A model generated the notes under the pieces. It was not told the origin of the DNA, did not search any database, and saw nothing but the letters and a program-made list of their open reading frames with translations. A program made the translations under genes and the position numbers. Positions 35,669 through 46,024 of a stretch of DNA of 64,000 nucleotides are shown here, one piece after another. Within the stretch, counting starts at the first letter, position 1, and each line of letters opens with the position of its first letter. The DNA comes from a phage, in sequence record PZ445450.1, one strand, 5' to 3'.

Positions 35669-36142
35669 CTAGTCTACCTGAACCCAACCGCCTGATACTT
35701 TTTTAAACATTCTTTGGTTATCACTACCTCGGAACGGTTTCTTGGTTGGTAAATCTTTTACATACTTACCGTCAATGATGATATCAGCCAGTTTAAGAAC
35801 ATCACTAGAGATATGGTCAAATGTGAACCCAGTATATACAAGAATAGTTTTCTTGTCACCAAATTTTTCCTTAATTTTCTCCATCAGGCTAATAATATCT
35901 GGCTCATTATAGTATGCTAAGGGTTCTCCACCCAGCAGAGAGATACCGCACACAGACGGGTTATCTAAATCTGACAAGATTTTTTGCAAGTCTTCTTCAG
36001 TGAACTCCCTCCCCTTATCTTTTGACCAAAATGCCTGATTAAAGCAACCATGGCAAGCGTGTGGGCACCCAGATACCCACAAGGCAGTTCTAATACCTGG
36101 CCCTTCGGTGTAAGATATTTCTGTGTATCCGACAATGTTCAT
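35669..36142 (-). CDS. nrdG: anaerobic ribonucleotide reductase activating protein (radical SAM)
   Basis: CPHACHGCFN radical-SAM cysteine motif; directly downstream of nrdD. Confidence 0.85.
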   Translation of the reverse strand: MNIVGYTEISYTEGPGIRTALWVSGCPHACHGCFNQAFWSKDKGREFTEEDLQKILSDLDNPSVCGISLLGGEPLAYYNEPDIISLMEKIKEKFGDKKTILVYTGFTFDHISSDVLKLADIIIDGKYVKDLPTKKPFRGSDNQRMFKKVSGGWVQVD

Positions 36143-36255
36143 AGATACTCCGCATCACATTTAGGGCAATGCCAAATAAAATCGTCTAGTGCCTTGCACC
36201 AACGAAGATTGCAACTACAGCCGCACTTGCAAATTTTATAAATACCTGATGACAT
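36139..36255 (-). CDS. small Cys-rich protein (38 aa, 8 Cys), translationally coupled to nrdG
   Basis: RBS gctaggaggtg; MSSGIYKICKCGCSCNLRWCKALDDFIWHCPKCDAEYL; its TGA overlaps the nrdG ATG. Confidence 0.45.
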   Translation of the reverse strand: MSSGIYKICKCGCSCNLRWCKALDDFIWHCPKCDAEYL

Positions 36256-36318
36256 ACTGCACCTCCTAGCTCACTGTGTGTCAATAATATGCCACATCCT
36301 TGTGGCTTTTGTCAAGTA

Positions 36319-38442
36319 TCAGCAACTACAACTTCCATAGTGCTTAACTCGCTCGATAACTTCCGCTTGCTTACCTTTATTGTAAGGACGGGAGTTAGGA
36401 CTGGAAAGGTATCCAGACACACGTCGAATTACACTGATCGTTCCCTCTTCATGGTTTCCACACTCTGGGCACACAAAGCCTTTAGCTGTTGCACTGAACT
36501 CACCAGAGAAACCACACTTAAGACATTTATCCACAGGTTGGTTAATACCAAAATACATAATGTGTTTATACCCGAAGTCAACAAGAGCCTCTAAAGCATC
36601 AAGGTTGTTTTTCAGGTTAGGTGTCTCTACGTATCCGATGTTGCCACCGGAGGAGATCATAGCAAAACCTTCCTCATACTCCCACTTATCAAAAGGAGAG
36701 CTATTGATCCATACTGGCTGATGGAAACTGTTGGTGAGATATTCATGCTCGTGCTTTAACACTTCTGGATATTCACGATCCAGACAGGTTGCAGCTTTAT
36801 AGCATAGACTCTCAGAAGGAGTGCCGTACAAGCTAAATGCTAGTCTACTTTCCTTCTTGTATCGCTCACAAGCATCTCTCATGTGCTGAAGGATTCCAAG
36901 AGCTAAAGCCTTGTCACCCTCTCTACCCAAAATCTGACAGGTTTCATACACACCGATATACCCAATACTAATGGAAGCGTACCCGTCATAGAAGAGTTTA
37001 TCAATACTCTCTTCAGGATCCAGGCGAGCAAGAGCGCCTTCACACCACATGATGGGATTCTGCCCTGCCTTTGTTCCTTTTAGACGATTAACCCTTACAA
37101 GGTGAGCCTCGTATGCAAGATCCAAGTATTCGTCAAGAACTGCAAAGAAATCAACACCTTCCGTCTTGGCTTTTGCCGCAATCATTGGCAGGTTAAGGCT
37201 AACAACGCCTAAGTTAAATCTGCCAAGGTATTTCTCCTCACCTGTTTCCAAGTCATTGTATTTGCTAAGAAAACTCCGGCAACCCATGCTCGTTACTTTG
37301 CCATCTGTCGAGCCTGTCACTTTTCTATTTAGTGGTACAGATACGAAGTCAGGGTAGATACGTTCTGCACAGCATTCCAGAGCTAATCGTTTCAAATCAT
37401 AGTTAGGATCCCCAGGGTTCATGTTGACACCCTCTTCTAGGAAGAACAGCACTTTAGGGAACACAGGTGTAATACGTTCTTCACCAAGACCCATTTTGTG
37501 GACTTTCAGGTAGTTTTTGGTAATCATTCTACCAAAGACCGAGGTATCCAGTCCTAAACTTAATGTGATAAATGGAGTTTGCCCGTTGACAGAAGTTAAC
37601 GTATTGATTTGATAGAGCAAAGTCTGCATGCTGTCAAATACGTCTTTATCTGTCATTTGCATTGCAACAGTCTCAGCATCCGGCAACCAATGTTCCTGGC
37701 AAAATTTAAGGTTCTTCTCATAGGTTGCTTCAGCATACTGTGCCAGATAATGATCAATATGGCTCATAGTCTGACCACCATATTGAGCACTAGCTACCGC
37801 ACTAGAGATTTGGCTAAGGATTGTTGTTGCAACCCCTATTGACTTCGGCTTACTGACATGGGCGTTACCAATGTTGAATCCGTTTTCCAACATATCTGGA
37901 TAATTTACCAAACAACAGTTTGTTAACGGACTGATCAAGTAGTCAAGATCATGCACATGGATGAAGCCTTTATTGTGCTCTTCGGAGACACGGTCTGGCA
38001 GGATCTGTGTTGATGCAAGGTGTTTGCTAAGAATACCTGCAAGCAGGTCGCGATGAGTGTGTACATGATTAGTAGGCTTATTTGCGTTTTCTTTTGTAAA
38101 TTCATCACAAGTTCGATCCAAGAAGCCACTAATATCTGCAAGCAGTTTTCCACCTGCCTCTCTGTTATTATCTCTTGTCTGTCTATACTGGATGTATTCT
38201 CTGGCTGCACATTTTAAACCCATATCCATAAGAGCATCTTCAACAAGGATATGGATATTTTTTACAGAGATCGTGCACTGGTCGGTTGGTAGATTGTTAG
38301 CCACAACTTCATTAACCGCGCAGGCGATCCGGTAAGCTTCTTCTTCAGTATGTCCAGACTCAAGTAAGGCGGACTCTGCCGCCTTGATCACCTTAATTCC
38401 GTTATAGAACTCTTCTCTACCGTCCCGTTTTACAACTTTCAC
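36319..38442 (-). CDS. nrdD: anaerobic (class III) ribonucleoside-triphosphate reductase
   Basis: 707 aa; C-terminal glycyl-radical region RRVSGYLS and Cys-rich zinc site CLKCGF...CPECG. Confidence 0.85.
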   Translation of the reverse strand: MKVVKRDGREEFYNGIKVIKAAESALLESGHTEEEAYRIACAVNEVVANNLPTDQCTISVKNIHILVEDALMDMGLKCAAREYIQYRQTRDNNREAGGKLLADISGFLDRTCDEFTKENANKPTNHVHTHRDLLAGILSKHLASTQILPDRVSEEHNKGFIHVHDLDYLISPLTNCCLVNYPDMLENGFNIGNAHVSKPKSIGVATTILSQISSAVASAQYGGQTMSHIDHYLAQYAEATYEKNLKFCQEHWLPDAETVAMQMTDKDVFDSMQTLLYQINTLTSVNGQTPFITLSLGLDTSVFGRMITKNYLKVHKMGLGEERITPVFPKVLFFLEEGVNMNPGDPNYDLKRLALECCAERIYPDFVSVPLNRKVTGSTDGKVTSMGCRSFLSKYNDLETGEEKYLGRFNLGVVSLNLPMIAAKAKTEGVDFFAVLDEYLDLAYEAHLVRVNRLKGTKAGQNPIMWCEGALARLDPEESIDKLFYDGYASISIGYIGVYETCQILGREGDKALALGILQHMRDACERYKKESRLAFSLYGTPSESLCYKAATCLDREYPEVLKHEHEYLTNSFHQPVWINSSPFDKWEYEEGFAMISSGGNIGYVETPNLKNNLDALEALVDFGYKHIMYFGINQPVDKCLKCGFSGEFSATAKGFVCPECGNHEEGTISVIRRVSGYLSSPNSRPYNKGKQAEVIERVKHYGSCSC

Positions 38443-38717
38443 TTTTTCTCTCCAAAACCATTCTTAACAAAAGAGATGAAATCGTCGGCACCGCCTATAT
38501 GGACACTGTCAAGATCGCTTTCTAAGAAGATCTGCGGCAACGTTCTGGGGACAATTGGACTGCACTTCTCAATAAGCTCTTCTTTTGTGTAGCCCTCGCC
38601 AAGTGTCTTATATACAAAAGGCAGACCTTTGCTGATTGCAAATTCTTTTGCTCTGACACAATGTGGGCAGTTATCCTTACCGTAAATGATGATGAAAAAA
38701 GATTTTTCGCAGCTCAT
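38439..38717 (-). CDS. glutaredoxin/NrdH-like redoxin
   Basis: CPHC active site in GKDNCPHCVRAKEF. Confidence 0.7.
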   Translation of the reverse strand: MSCEKSFFIIIYGKDNCPHCVRAKEFAISKGLPFVYKTLGEGYTKEELIEKCSPIVPRTLPQIFLESDLDSVHIGGADDFISFVKNGFGEKK

Positions 38718-38720
38718 ATA

Positions 38721-39809
38721 TTAAAACTCCCAAATTTCTTCTTCAGCGTCGTTAACAGTTGTGTTGACGCGGTAGTCAGTGTTCGACATTTCTTGGTTCG
38801 CCGTCTGTTGCAATGAAGGTTTCATCCACACCTGCATAAACGGTAGCGGGTCCTTTGTTGGCGGCACAAAGTCTTTGTCGATGTCGTAGTAATCATAAAT
38901 CGGTGAGCAGTTATAGTCAACCCACTCTTTAAGCAACGGTGAGTTAAGACCTATAATCGCTCTTCCTTCGCTGAAAATATAGTCACTCCAACCGTACTCT
39001 TTGGTTCGTACTTCATCAAGAATCTCTTTTAACTCCCCCTTTATCTCAAGGAAGCTTTTCTCCCATGCGGGATCATTAAGCAGGATATCAATGATGGCAA
39101 AATCACCTTTCGAATGTAGCATTTCGTCAAGCATGATTTTTTGAACAAGCTGCGCCACCTGAACAAAGATACCCTGTTCAGCTACTGCGAAAGTGCATGC
39201 AAAACTTGCAATAAACTCAATACTTTCCAGAGCTAAAAGTGCAAAAAGCGCTCTAAGAATGCATTTCCGCACAACATCTTCTTCAACACTAGAAGGATCC
39301 AGTCGATATTTTGCACCAATAACCTCAAGCTCTTGCATGTATTTAACAATAACGCCGGATCTGCTCAGAACGTTTTGGTTTTCCTGAATCTCTTCTATAA
39401 TCTCACGGGCATTGGGGAGGCATTGTCTAACAATCTCTGAGTAAGTTAGTGCGTGAAGAACTTCAATCTCTGACTGTTTCATCAATAGAGTGAAAAGCTC
39501 ACTATTAGTGATGAATGGTGAAAAGAGGCAGATGATCGATCTTGCCGCAACGCTATCAGCCTCCCATTGCCACATCAAGGTCTGCACCATTACATCATAA
39601 GTTGACTTGGAGCATGTTACAAAATCTGAAATAGATTGCGACAAATCCACTTCATCCTCTGCCCAGTCTTGTTCTTTTTGTTTTTTGTACAGTTCGAACA
39701 GTTGTGGATATTTTTTGTTGATAGAGTCGTACATACCCATTTGCTGTCCCAGAAACAGCGGATAGTCACCAGTTTTATGAGCGGTGTTCTCAGCATTAAA
39801 TACAGCCAT
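38721..39809 (-). CDS. nrdB: ribonucleotide reductase class I beta subunit
   Basis: Follows nrdA; gaggtag RBS before internal ATG (MAVFNAEN); di-iron helix region E..H motifs; UUCG-loop hairpin ggggc-ttcg-gcccc between nrdA and nrdB. Confidence 0.8.
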   Translation of the reverse strand: MAVFNAENTAHKTGDYPLFLGQQMGMYDSINKKYPQLFELYKKQKEQDWAEDEVDLSQSISDFVTCSKSTYDVMVQTLMWQWEADSVAARSIICLFSPFITNSELFTLLMKQSEIEVLHALTYSEIVRQCLPNAREIIEEIQENQNVLSRSGVIVKYMQELEVIGAKYRLDPSSVEEDVVRKCILRALFALLALESIEFIASFACTFAVAEQGIFVQVAQLVQKIMLDEMLHSKGDFAIIDILLNDPAWEKSFLEIKGELKEILDEVRTKEYGWSDYIFSEGRAIIGLNSPLLKEWVDYNCSPIYDYYDIDKDFVPPTKDPLPFMQVWMKPSLQQTANQEMSNTDYRVNTTVNDAEEEIWEF

Positions 39810-39847
39810 TATTCTACCTCTAAAATGGGGCCGAAGCCCCTTTAAAA

Positions 39848-42163
39848 TTATAGTGCACAGCTTTCGCAATACGGATCTTCAACTGAACTATCTGCAATCA
39901 AAGGATAGTTCTTTCTGGTTTCATCTTCAGCCTGTTTCTTGGCATGAAGTTCCTCTGCCAAGGAGTCACCCGCACCAACCCTAGAGTTTAAATAATACCA
40001 TGTCTTCATTCCGAATTTAGTGGCACGGATAAGGTACCCTAGCTGCTCCTTCATTGAAATTTTACCATCTTTCAACTTGGTGTAGTCTATGTATAAATCC
40101 GCGCTGATTGCCTGACCTGTGAATTTTTGAATCACAGCATACATATCGATCATGTCGTTAGTATCAACGTCCCAAGCCGAAGTGTAATACTCTTTCAACT
40201 CATCATAGTCAGGAACGATAAACAGCACCTGCCCTTGTGGCGACTTTTTAAAGATAATGTGCTCACGGACAGGATAAACCCCGTTAGTGGTGTTTGTTGC
40301 CAGCGAAGAGCTTTCATTAGGCATGTATGCTTCAAGAACGCTATTACGTAGCCCACCATTTTCAACGATTTCTTTACGTAACCCTTCCCAATCCTGCTTA
40401 AGAGAAGGATCTTTCACCACACTATCGACCTCTTTGTTATAAGTATCGATTGGTAACCAACCCTCTGGGTATTTTGTTTTATGCATCCACTCGCAGACAC
40501 CACGCTCTTTTGCCAATCGTAAACTTGCCTTATGCAAGCTGTAGCTGTGGAGCTCTGCAAGATCGTGAACAAGCTGTTTACTTTCAGGAGACCCGTAAGC
40601 AACCTTGTGGCTGGCAATAAAATGTGCAACATTGGTAAGGCCAACCCCGATGGATCTGCGTTTTTTAACAGTGCTCTCCATATTTTCATACGGATATGTC
40701 ATGATTTCCATAACATTGTCAATCATAAGCACAGTGTAGTATGCAACATCCTCATACTCCTCTGGAGTAACCCTTCCAGCTACAAGAGATGACAGGAAGC
40801 ACAATGCAACTTCGCCATCATCAACATCGTACTTGAAGATATTACGCATATCTGAATAGCCTTTTGTCGGGAGGGCTATTTCTGCACACAGGTTACTTGA
40901 ATAGATCACATCTTTAAAAGGTGTATGTCTATTCATCTCATCTGTCCAGTACACATACAGCCTGCCAACCTCGGTACGCTGAGTGATCAGCTCAACAGCA
41001 AGATCTCTAGCTCGGATCCATGTTTTAGGAATACTGTCATCTTTAGCGATACGATCAACCTCTGCATCGAACTCCTCCATAGACATGGTGAAGATACCCT
41101 CATGCAGTTGAGGCGCGTGCTTATAAGAAACAAGCATCCAATCCAAATTCTTAGCCACACGGTTGATAAACGACCTATTAATACCTATAGAGTAGTCCAT
41201 GGTGTTGATTCTTTTTGAAGCAACAGTCATAGGGTTTCTCAAACGGATTAGCTCATCAATCTGCGGGTCCAGTGCAAGGAATGATACTGTTGCAGAACCG
41301 CCACGTGATTGTTGTCTGTTCTCCTTAACCCCAGCATCAATACCTCGATAATATGGAATCTTGCCCATATGTTTAATAGTGTTACCACGAACACCATCAC
41401 CTGCAGATCTTGATGATAAATAGTAGCCAATACCTGCTTGGTTAACCGTCATTGTGTATGCAACTTCACGTGCCACACCAATAGATTTTGCTGTATCGTC
41501 AGCTTTTATTACACAACAAGATGCATACCCTGTCTTGCCTGTGCGTAGACCGTTTAAGTACGGTGTCGGGGCATTGATCTTTAAGTCTGACAGATAAGTG
41601 TATAATTTTACAACATCTTCAATACGGCGTTCTTTCGGCATATTTTTCATGACAGCCATCGCTATCCCCATAAACATCATCTGTGGAGATTCGAACAGGG
41701 TGTCTTTAAGAGTATCCTTGATCCCGTATTTGTCTCGAAACTGTTTAAGGACTGCATAGCCATAACCAAGGTCTTTACTGTGATCAATAACAGTGTCTAA
41801 AGTGTTTAACTCGGTAAAGCTATATCCCATATCCTCCCAATACCCTTTATCAACCATGGTATTGTAAAATGATGGTAAGGAAGGGATCTTTGTGAATCCT
41901 CCAAAAGCCTCTTTATAAATCTGACCGATAAGAACACGACCAGCCATACGAGAATGTGCTTCGTCCTTACGGCTAACACAGGAGTCTATAATAGCTTGGT
42001 TAACTTCTTTGGTTGTGCATCCATCATACAGCCGTTTGTATGCATCAAGTGCAATATGTGACCAATTGCCGTTACCGTCGTCACCGAAAATAGCTGCCTT
42101 ATTTAAACGTTCCGGATCGAATGCTACTTCACATCCGTTGCTTTTAATTACCTTGGTGATCAA
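39848..42163 (-). CDS. nrdA: ribonucleotide reductase class I alpha subunit
   Basis: 771 aa; N-terminal ATP-cone-like VIKSNGCEVAFDPERL; active-site SNLCAEIALPT. Confidence 0.9.
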   Translation of the reverse strand: MITKVIKSNGCEVAFDPERLNKAAIFGDDGNGNWSHIALDAYKRLYDGCTTKEVNQAIIDSCVSRKDEAHSRMAGRVLIGQIYKEAFGGFTKIPSLPSFYNTMVDKGYWEDMGYSFTELNTLDTVIDHSKDLGYGYAVLKQFRDKYGIKDTLKDTLFESPQMMFMGIAMAVMKNMPKERRIEDVVKLYTYLSDLKINAPTPYLNGLRTGKTGYASCCVIKADDTAKSIGVAREVAYTMTVNQAGIGYYLSSRSAGDGVRGNTIKHMGKIPYYRGIDAGVKENRQQSRGGSATVSFLALDPQIDELIRLRNPMTVASKRINTMDYSIGINRSFINRVAKNLDWMLVSYKHAPQLHEGIFTMSMEEFDAEVDRIAKDDSIPKTWIRARDLAVELITQRTEVGRLYVYWTDEMNRHTPFKDVIYSSNLCAEIALPTKGYSDMRNIFKYDVDDGEVALCFLSSLVAGRVTPEEYEDVAYYTVLMIDNVMEIMTYPYENMESTVKKRRSIGVGLTNVAHFIASHKVAYGSPESKQLVHDLAELHSYSLHKASLRLAKERGVCEWMHKTKYPEGWLPIDTYNKEVDSVVKDPSLKQDWEGLRKEIVENGGLRNSVLEAYMPNESSSLATNTTNGVYPVREHIIFKKSPQGQVLFIVPDYDELKEYYTSAWDVDTNDMIDMYAVIQKFTGQAISADLYIDYTKLKDGKISMKEQLGYLIRATKFGMKTWYYLNSRVGAGDSLAEELHAKKQAEDETRKNYPLIADSSVEDPYCESCAL

Positions 42164-42390
42164 TTTGCTTCCTCCACTTCATCAACGTATTTATCAAGGC
42201 AGGTATCAGTATCTTGTTGGGTAAAGGTATCCTCTTCTACAGAGATATTTATAATTTTACCTGTATACTCGTCATAATAAACATCATCATACATTTTAAT
42301 ATCGTTTGTCAGGCCATTGAACCAAAGCCAACCAACATATTCTGCCCGACTTGCAAAACCAAGATCCTTCCACTTGGAGTTATGACTCAT
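42160..42390 (-). CDS. hypothetical acidic protein
   Basis: aaggtgg RBS before internal ATG (MSHNSKW). Confidence 0.45.
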   Translation of the reverse strand: MSHNSKWKDLGFASRAEYVGWLWFNGLTNDIKMYDDVYYDEYTGKIINISVEEDTFTQQDTDTCLDKYVDEVEEAN

Positions 42391-42400
42391 CTTCACCACC

Positions 42401-42862
42401 TTAGCTTTCAATACCGAATAATTTTTCCAGGCGATGCAGATCTTCAAAATTGAAAGGTTCATCAACAATATGAATATCTTCAGCCTTTTCAGATTGTTTT
42501 GTATACTTTCTTACATTGACACGATCCTCTACGGGGATATCATACGGAAGATCTTGAACAAGCATTGTCTCACCGGGTGCTTTATCTACATCTAGAATAT
42601 CTACACCATTATACATTTGTGGGTATCTAAAGTCTGCACGCATGACACCAGCAAATACATCGGCCTTTCGATAATGAGTTGGTTTATTTTTGCATCTAAC
42701 GTTTTTTCCACGAAGAACATCAATATTTTTTAAATCAAACCCTACGGCAAAGAGTGCAGCTCGAAGACCGTTTCGTGTGCGAACGTTAAACCCAGGAACG
42801 GTAGATAGGAAATCTAAAGTAACTGAAATAAATGTCTTTTTAGGAATCATAACATCACTCAT
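42401..42862 (-). CDS. hypothetical protein in nucleotide-metabolism operon
   Basis: aagggagacag RBS before internal ATG (MSDVMIPKK); no recognisable motif. Confidence 0.45.
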   Translation of the reverse strand: MSDVMIPKKTFISVTLDFLSTVPGFNVRTRNGLRAALFAVGFDLKNIDVLRGKNVRCKNKPTHYRKADVFAGVMRADFRYPQMYNGVDILDVDKAPGETMLVQDLPYDIPVEDRVNVRKYTKQSEKAEDIHIVDEPFNFEDLHRLEKLFGIES

Positions 42863-42960
42863 ATCTGTCTCCCTTTCTGGCTCACCAACAAAGTGAGCCA
42901 CTATTATAGATTATCTAATGCTATTAGTCAACACAAAAATTACCTATCGCTGTGATAGGC

Positions 42961-43944
42961 TTACCCTTTCATGAAGTGGTTATTAAGCAACTGTCTGTGC
43001 TGAACCCACCCACAAAAGTTGGCAGACCAGAATTTACCATCACGGTCTTGATGGGTTACACCTTCCTGCCAAACACAACTATCTTGTGTGATTTCACATG
43101 AAGACAGGTAGTAGTTTAAACGTTCCATTGCATTATCGTGATCCATAGGTGTCGCCTGGTGCTCGTAAGGGCTTGCATGAATACGATCCCCACCAATCAA
43201 TTTTTTAGCCACACTATCTGCTTTTTCAAACGTGCTGTCAATATTGCGATAAGATACTTGTGCACAGCAGCTCGCACTAATAGATAGAGCTTCTCCAGTA
43301 TCGAGAATGCATAGCTTCCCTTCTGTGTCACGCACGGCATAGTTAAACTCACCGTCCAAATAAACGTGCTCTACATATGGGGTGTGCCATTGGCCTGGTT
43401 TAAGGGTTTCAGGAGTGCTATTCATAAGAGCATCCCACATACAATTAGCCAGCATCTGAATCGTAGGATCAGCATCGTGCCAGCAACGCAGATGGAAAAA
43501 ATTATTCCACTCGGTGCTTGTTACAACTGTTTTCATGCGCTGAAACGGCTCCACTAAGCGATTACATACTTGCTTATGGTAACCAGCAAGGGCGAACTTC
43601 TCTGCATGCCACGCGGCGTTTTTTGCAGCTTCTTTCCAAAACTCTTCAGGAGTTAACTCCATGTCGGTATACTCTACACGGATCTTTTGATCGTGTTCCC
43701 CACCATCTTCCATCCCTCGCTTATTTACACCGAAGCGAACTGGCATTGCCGGATTCTCCACGATCTGCTGCAGCATCTTACCGACAGGAACTGCACGAGA
43801 AGACATGGCGTTTCGGCTGAACACTCGATGTGTCATAAGCTCTGAGTGAATAATTCGAGGATACTCTAGCTCAAAAGTGGTGATACGCTTACCTTTCTCG
43901 GAAATGCTGTCGGCAATAATCTTTGCAGTGCACAGTTTTAGCAT
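42961..43944 (-). CDS. thyX: flavin-dependent thymidylate synthase
   Basis: ThyX-type signature HRVFSRNAMSSR (RHR...S.N..S.R pattern). Confidence 0.75.
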   Translation of the reverse strand: MLKLCTAKIIADSISEKGKRITTFELEYPRIIHSELMTHRVFSRNAMSSRAVPVGKMLQQIVENPAMPVRFGVNKRGMEDGGEHDQKIRVEYTDMELTPEEFWKEAAKNAAWHAEKFALAGYHKQVCNRLVEPFQRMKTVVTSTEWNNFFHLRCWHDADPTIQMLANCMWDALMNSTPETLKPGQWHTPYVEHVYLDGEFNYAVRDTEGKLCILDTGEALSISASCCAQVSYRNIDSTFEKADSVAKKLIGGDRIHASPYEHQATPMDHDNAMERLNYYLSSCEITQDSCVWQEGVTHQDRDGKFWSANFCGWVQHRQLLNNHFMKG

Positions 43945-44144
43945 TATTTAGCTCTCCTTGTTTTAATTTTGGAAATTTCGTCTGGGTTTATGTTGGCCTT
44001 AAATGCAAGGTATCTGTTAAACATATCAGAGCACATGTCTTGGGTGATCCTGGAGGCATACACTAGCTTACCTCCAAGATCATATACCTCTAGCCAGTCA
44101 CCGTATCTGACTACAGGATCGCCACCTTTAGAACATCTGCCCAT
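43944..44144 (-). CDS. hypothetical protein
   Basis: 66-aa ORF; start overlaps the upstream stop by 1 nt. Confidence 0.4.
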   Translation of the reverse strand: MGRCSKGGDPVVRYGDWLEVYDLGGKLVYASRITQDMCSDMFNRYLAFKANINPDEISKIKTRRAK

Positions 44145-44145
44145 T

Positions 44146-44739
44146 TCAAATACCTTCTAAAAACTTTCCTATTTTATACCAACTATTGGTGGTATAGTCA
44201 ACACTGACCTTCAACTCCTCGAATTGCTCATAAGGAGTGTCTTTTAAGATTTTAATAACTTCAGGGCGTGAAGCGAATTGGTTCAGGTATTCATGCCTGT
44301 CGTCAATTATAACATCTACAGCCACATTCCCTTTGAAATGTGTGGCGTAGAAGCCGTGGCCCTGGGTGTGATCGTCCAGATCCATAAAATCGCTGGTCCA
44401 ACGCTTTAAGAACCTTGATTTAGATGCAAGGTGACCTTTCTTGCATACCGAGATAAATGCAAGCTTGTGACCACGAGCAACCAAATCTTTCATAACCTCA
44501 ATAGCCCCCTCTTCAGGCTTAAGAAAGTCGTAGAGGAACGGATCACTCCAGAAATCAAAAGGTCCTATGATGTTTTCTTTGGGGCGATCAGGCCAATACT
44601 TTGACAGATCGTAATACATCAGTCCGTTAGAAGGTTTAGCGACTGTCTTACTGGCTGGACCATACAAACGCTCCAACCACTCCCACCATGCTGTTCCTGA
44701 ATCTACCAGTGTCAAATCTACATCAATTCCGATTAACAT
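44146..44739 (-). CDS. HAD-family phosphatase, likely 5'(3')-deoxyribonucleotidase
   Basis: N-terminal IGIDVDLTLVD (DxDxT nucleophile motif). Confidence 0.6.
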   Translation of the reverse strand: MLIGIDVDLTLVDSGTAWWEWLERLYGPASKTVAKPSNGLMYYDLSKYWPDRPKENIIGPFDFWSDPFLYDFLKPEEGAIEVMKDLVARGHKLAFISVCKKGHLASKSRFLKRWTSDFMDLDDHTQGHGFYATHFKGNVAVDVIIDDRHEYLNQFASRPEVIKILKDTPYEQFEELKVSVDYTTNSWYKIGKFLEGI

Positions 44740-45347
44740 TCTTCTTGGGCCTCTTTAGCATCAATATACTTGCACACAATCTCCGATGCACATTCCCAAG
44801 GTGCACCTTCAGGGTTTACAACATCGAACTCAATTCCTTTTATTCCGTTCTTTTCCAGGCTTAGATAGGTTCTGGAATCATTTCCCCAGTCATATCCGGC
44901 CCGGTGAATACGGAACAACAACAGATCTCCACCTGTGCTGTATGCGTACTCGCTAAGGCATGCCAGCTCCTCTTTGAAGCCACCATCGGAGTAAACAACA
45001 ACCCCTTTACCTTCTGGGAAATCTTTCTCCAGAGAAGCAACACTGGCCTTTCCGAAGGCATCACTGCCGAATACAGGTTTAATCAGGGCCTCGCTACAAT
45101 GGATCATCCACTCACGAGGAGAAACGTGCTTGCCATCGATCATCAAGAACGGGCACGGCTCTTCTTTATAGCGGCGATCATAGAATGCATTCCACAACTG
45201 TGGTGAAATACCTGCTGCCTTAATTGCCACGCTGAATAGCATTTCCTTTACCTCGCGGTGATGCGAGTTTGGAATAGCTTCCAACAAAAGATCTGCGATA
45301 TGGTCTTTTCCAGAACTTGGTGGAGCATTAAGAACAATAATATCCAT
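44733..45347 (-). CDS. deoxynucleoside monophosphate kinase-like P-loop protein
   Basis: LNAPPSSGKDHIADL P-loop at N-terminus; T4 gp1-like length. Confidence 0.55.
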   Translation of the reverse strand: MDIIVLNAPPSSGKDHIADLLLEAIPNSHHREVKEMLFSVAIKAAGISPQLWNAFYDRRYKEEPCPFLMIDGKHVSPREWMIHCSEALIKPVFGSDAFGKASVASLEKDFPEGKGVVVYSDGGFKEELACLSEYAYSTGGDLLLFRIHRAGYDWGNDSRTYLSLEKNGIKGIEFDVVNPEGAPWECASEIVCKYIDAKEAQEEC

Positions 45348-45550
45348 TAAAAACCTCCGTGATATTCTTCGACTGCATCAATAATACTTTTACACTTATC
45401 TACCAGCTCGTTAGCCACTACAGCATCATCTTCCCAAACAGCCTCCTCAATCTGATCAAGCAGTGATCGCATCTTCCCCATCATCTCTGGAACAAAGTCT
45501 TCTGAAAAGCTGTCTGGAATTGTTAACTCTGGTGTCATTGCGGTCTCCAA
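45347..45550 (-). CDS. hypothetical acidic protein
   Basis: 67-aa ORF. Confidence 0.4.
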   Translation of the reverse strand: METAMTPELTIPDSFSEDFVPEMMGKMRSLLDQIEEAVWEDDAVVANELVDKCKSIIDAVEEYHGGF

Positions 45551-45565
45551 TCATACTGTGCGTTA

Positions 45566-46024
45566 TTAGAAGTTTGTTTTTACACGTCCCTTTTCATCTA
45601 CTTCGTTGTTAGCTAAAAGCGTTACAAAGTCTGTAAAACGAACATGAAGAACTCTTTTCTTATCTAGATATCCTAAAGCCACACCTGAGAAATTTATCAT
45701 CAAAGGGGCTAAAGAAGCTCTAGCATTAAAATGCTGCTGCTCCACTCTCCCAACACCCTTAGTATAAGAAGGGTTGAGATTGTAAGTTCTGAATCCAAGT
45801 TTTGTTGGAGCTTTAGAATTAAAAACAACTTTATAACGTTTCTTACTCAGCTTATGTTCCAGAATAAGCATACCCTTTTCACCTCGGATAAGCTGAAAAT
45901 CTGTAAAATGCTCTTTTAAGACAAAAGGTAGTGCCAGCCCCATAGCCTGCCCCCTTTGCACGGCTGTCTCACCAAAAGCTTTTGCATCGGTAAGCTCTTT
46001 AGTCAAGTCTATGCTTTTGATCAT
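45566..46024 (-). CDS. hypothetical protein
   Basis: 152-aa ORF. Confidence 0.45.
   Translation of the reverse strand: MIKSIDLTKELTDAKAFGETAVQRGQAMGLALPFVLKEHFTDFQLIRGEKGMLILEHKLSKKRYKVVFNSKAPTKLGFRTYNLNPSYTKGVGRVEQQHFNARASLAPLMINFSGVALGYLDKKRVLHVRFTDFVTLLANNEVDEKGRVKTNF

Noticed and set aside
42401-42901. Dihydrofolate reductase call for the gene next to thyX
   Set aside because: Position and size suggested DHFR, but none of the DHFR motifs I know are present; left as hypothetical.
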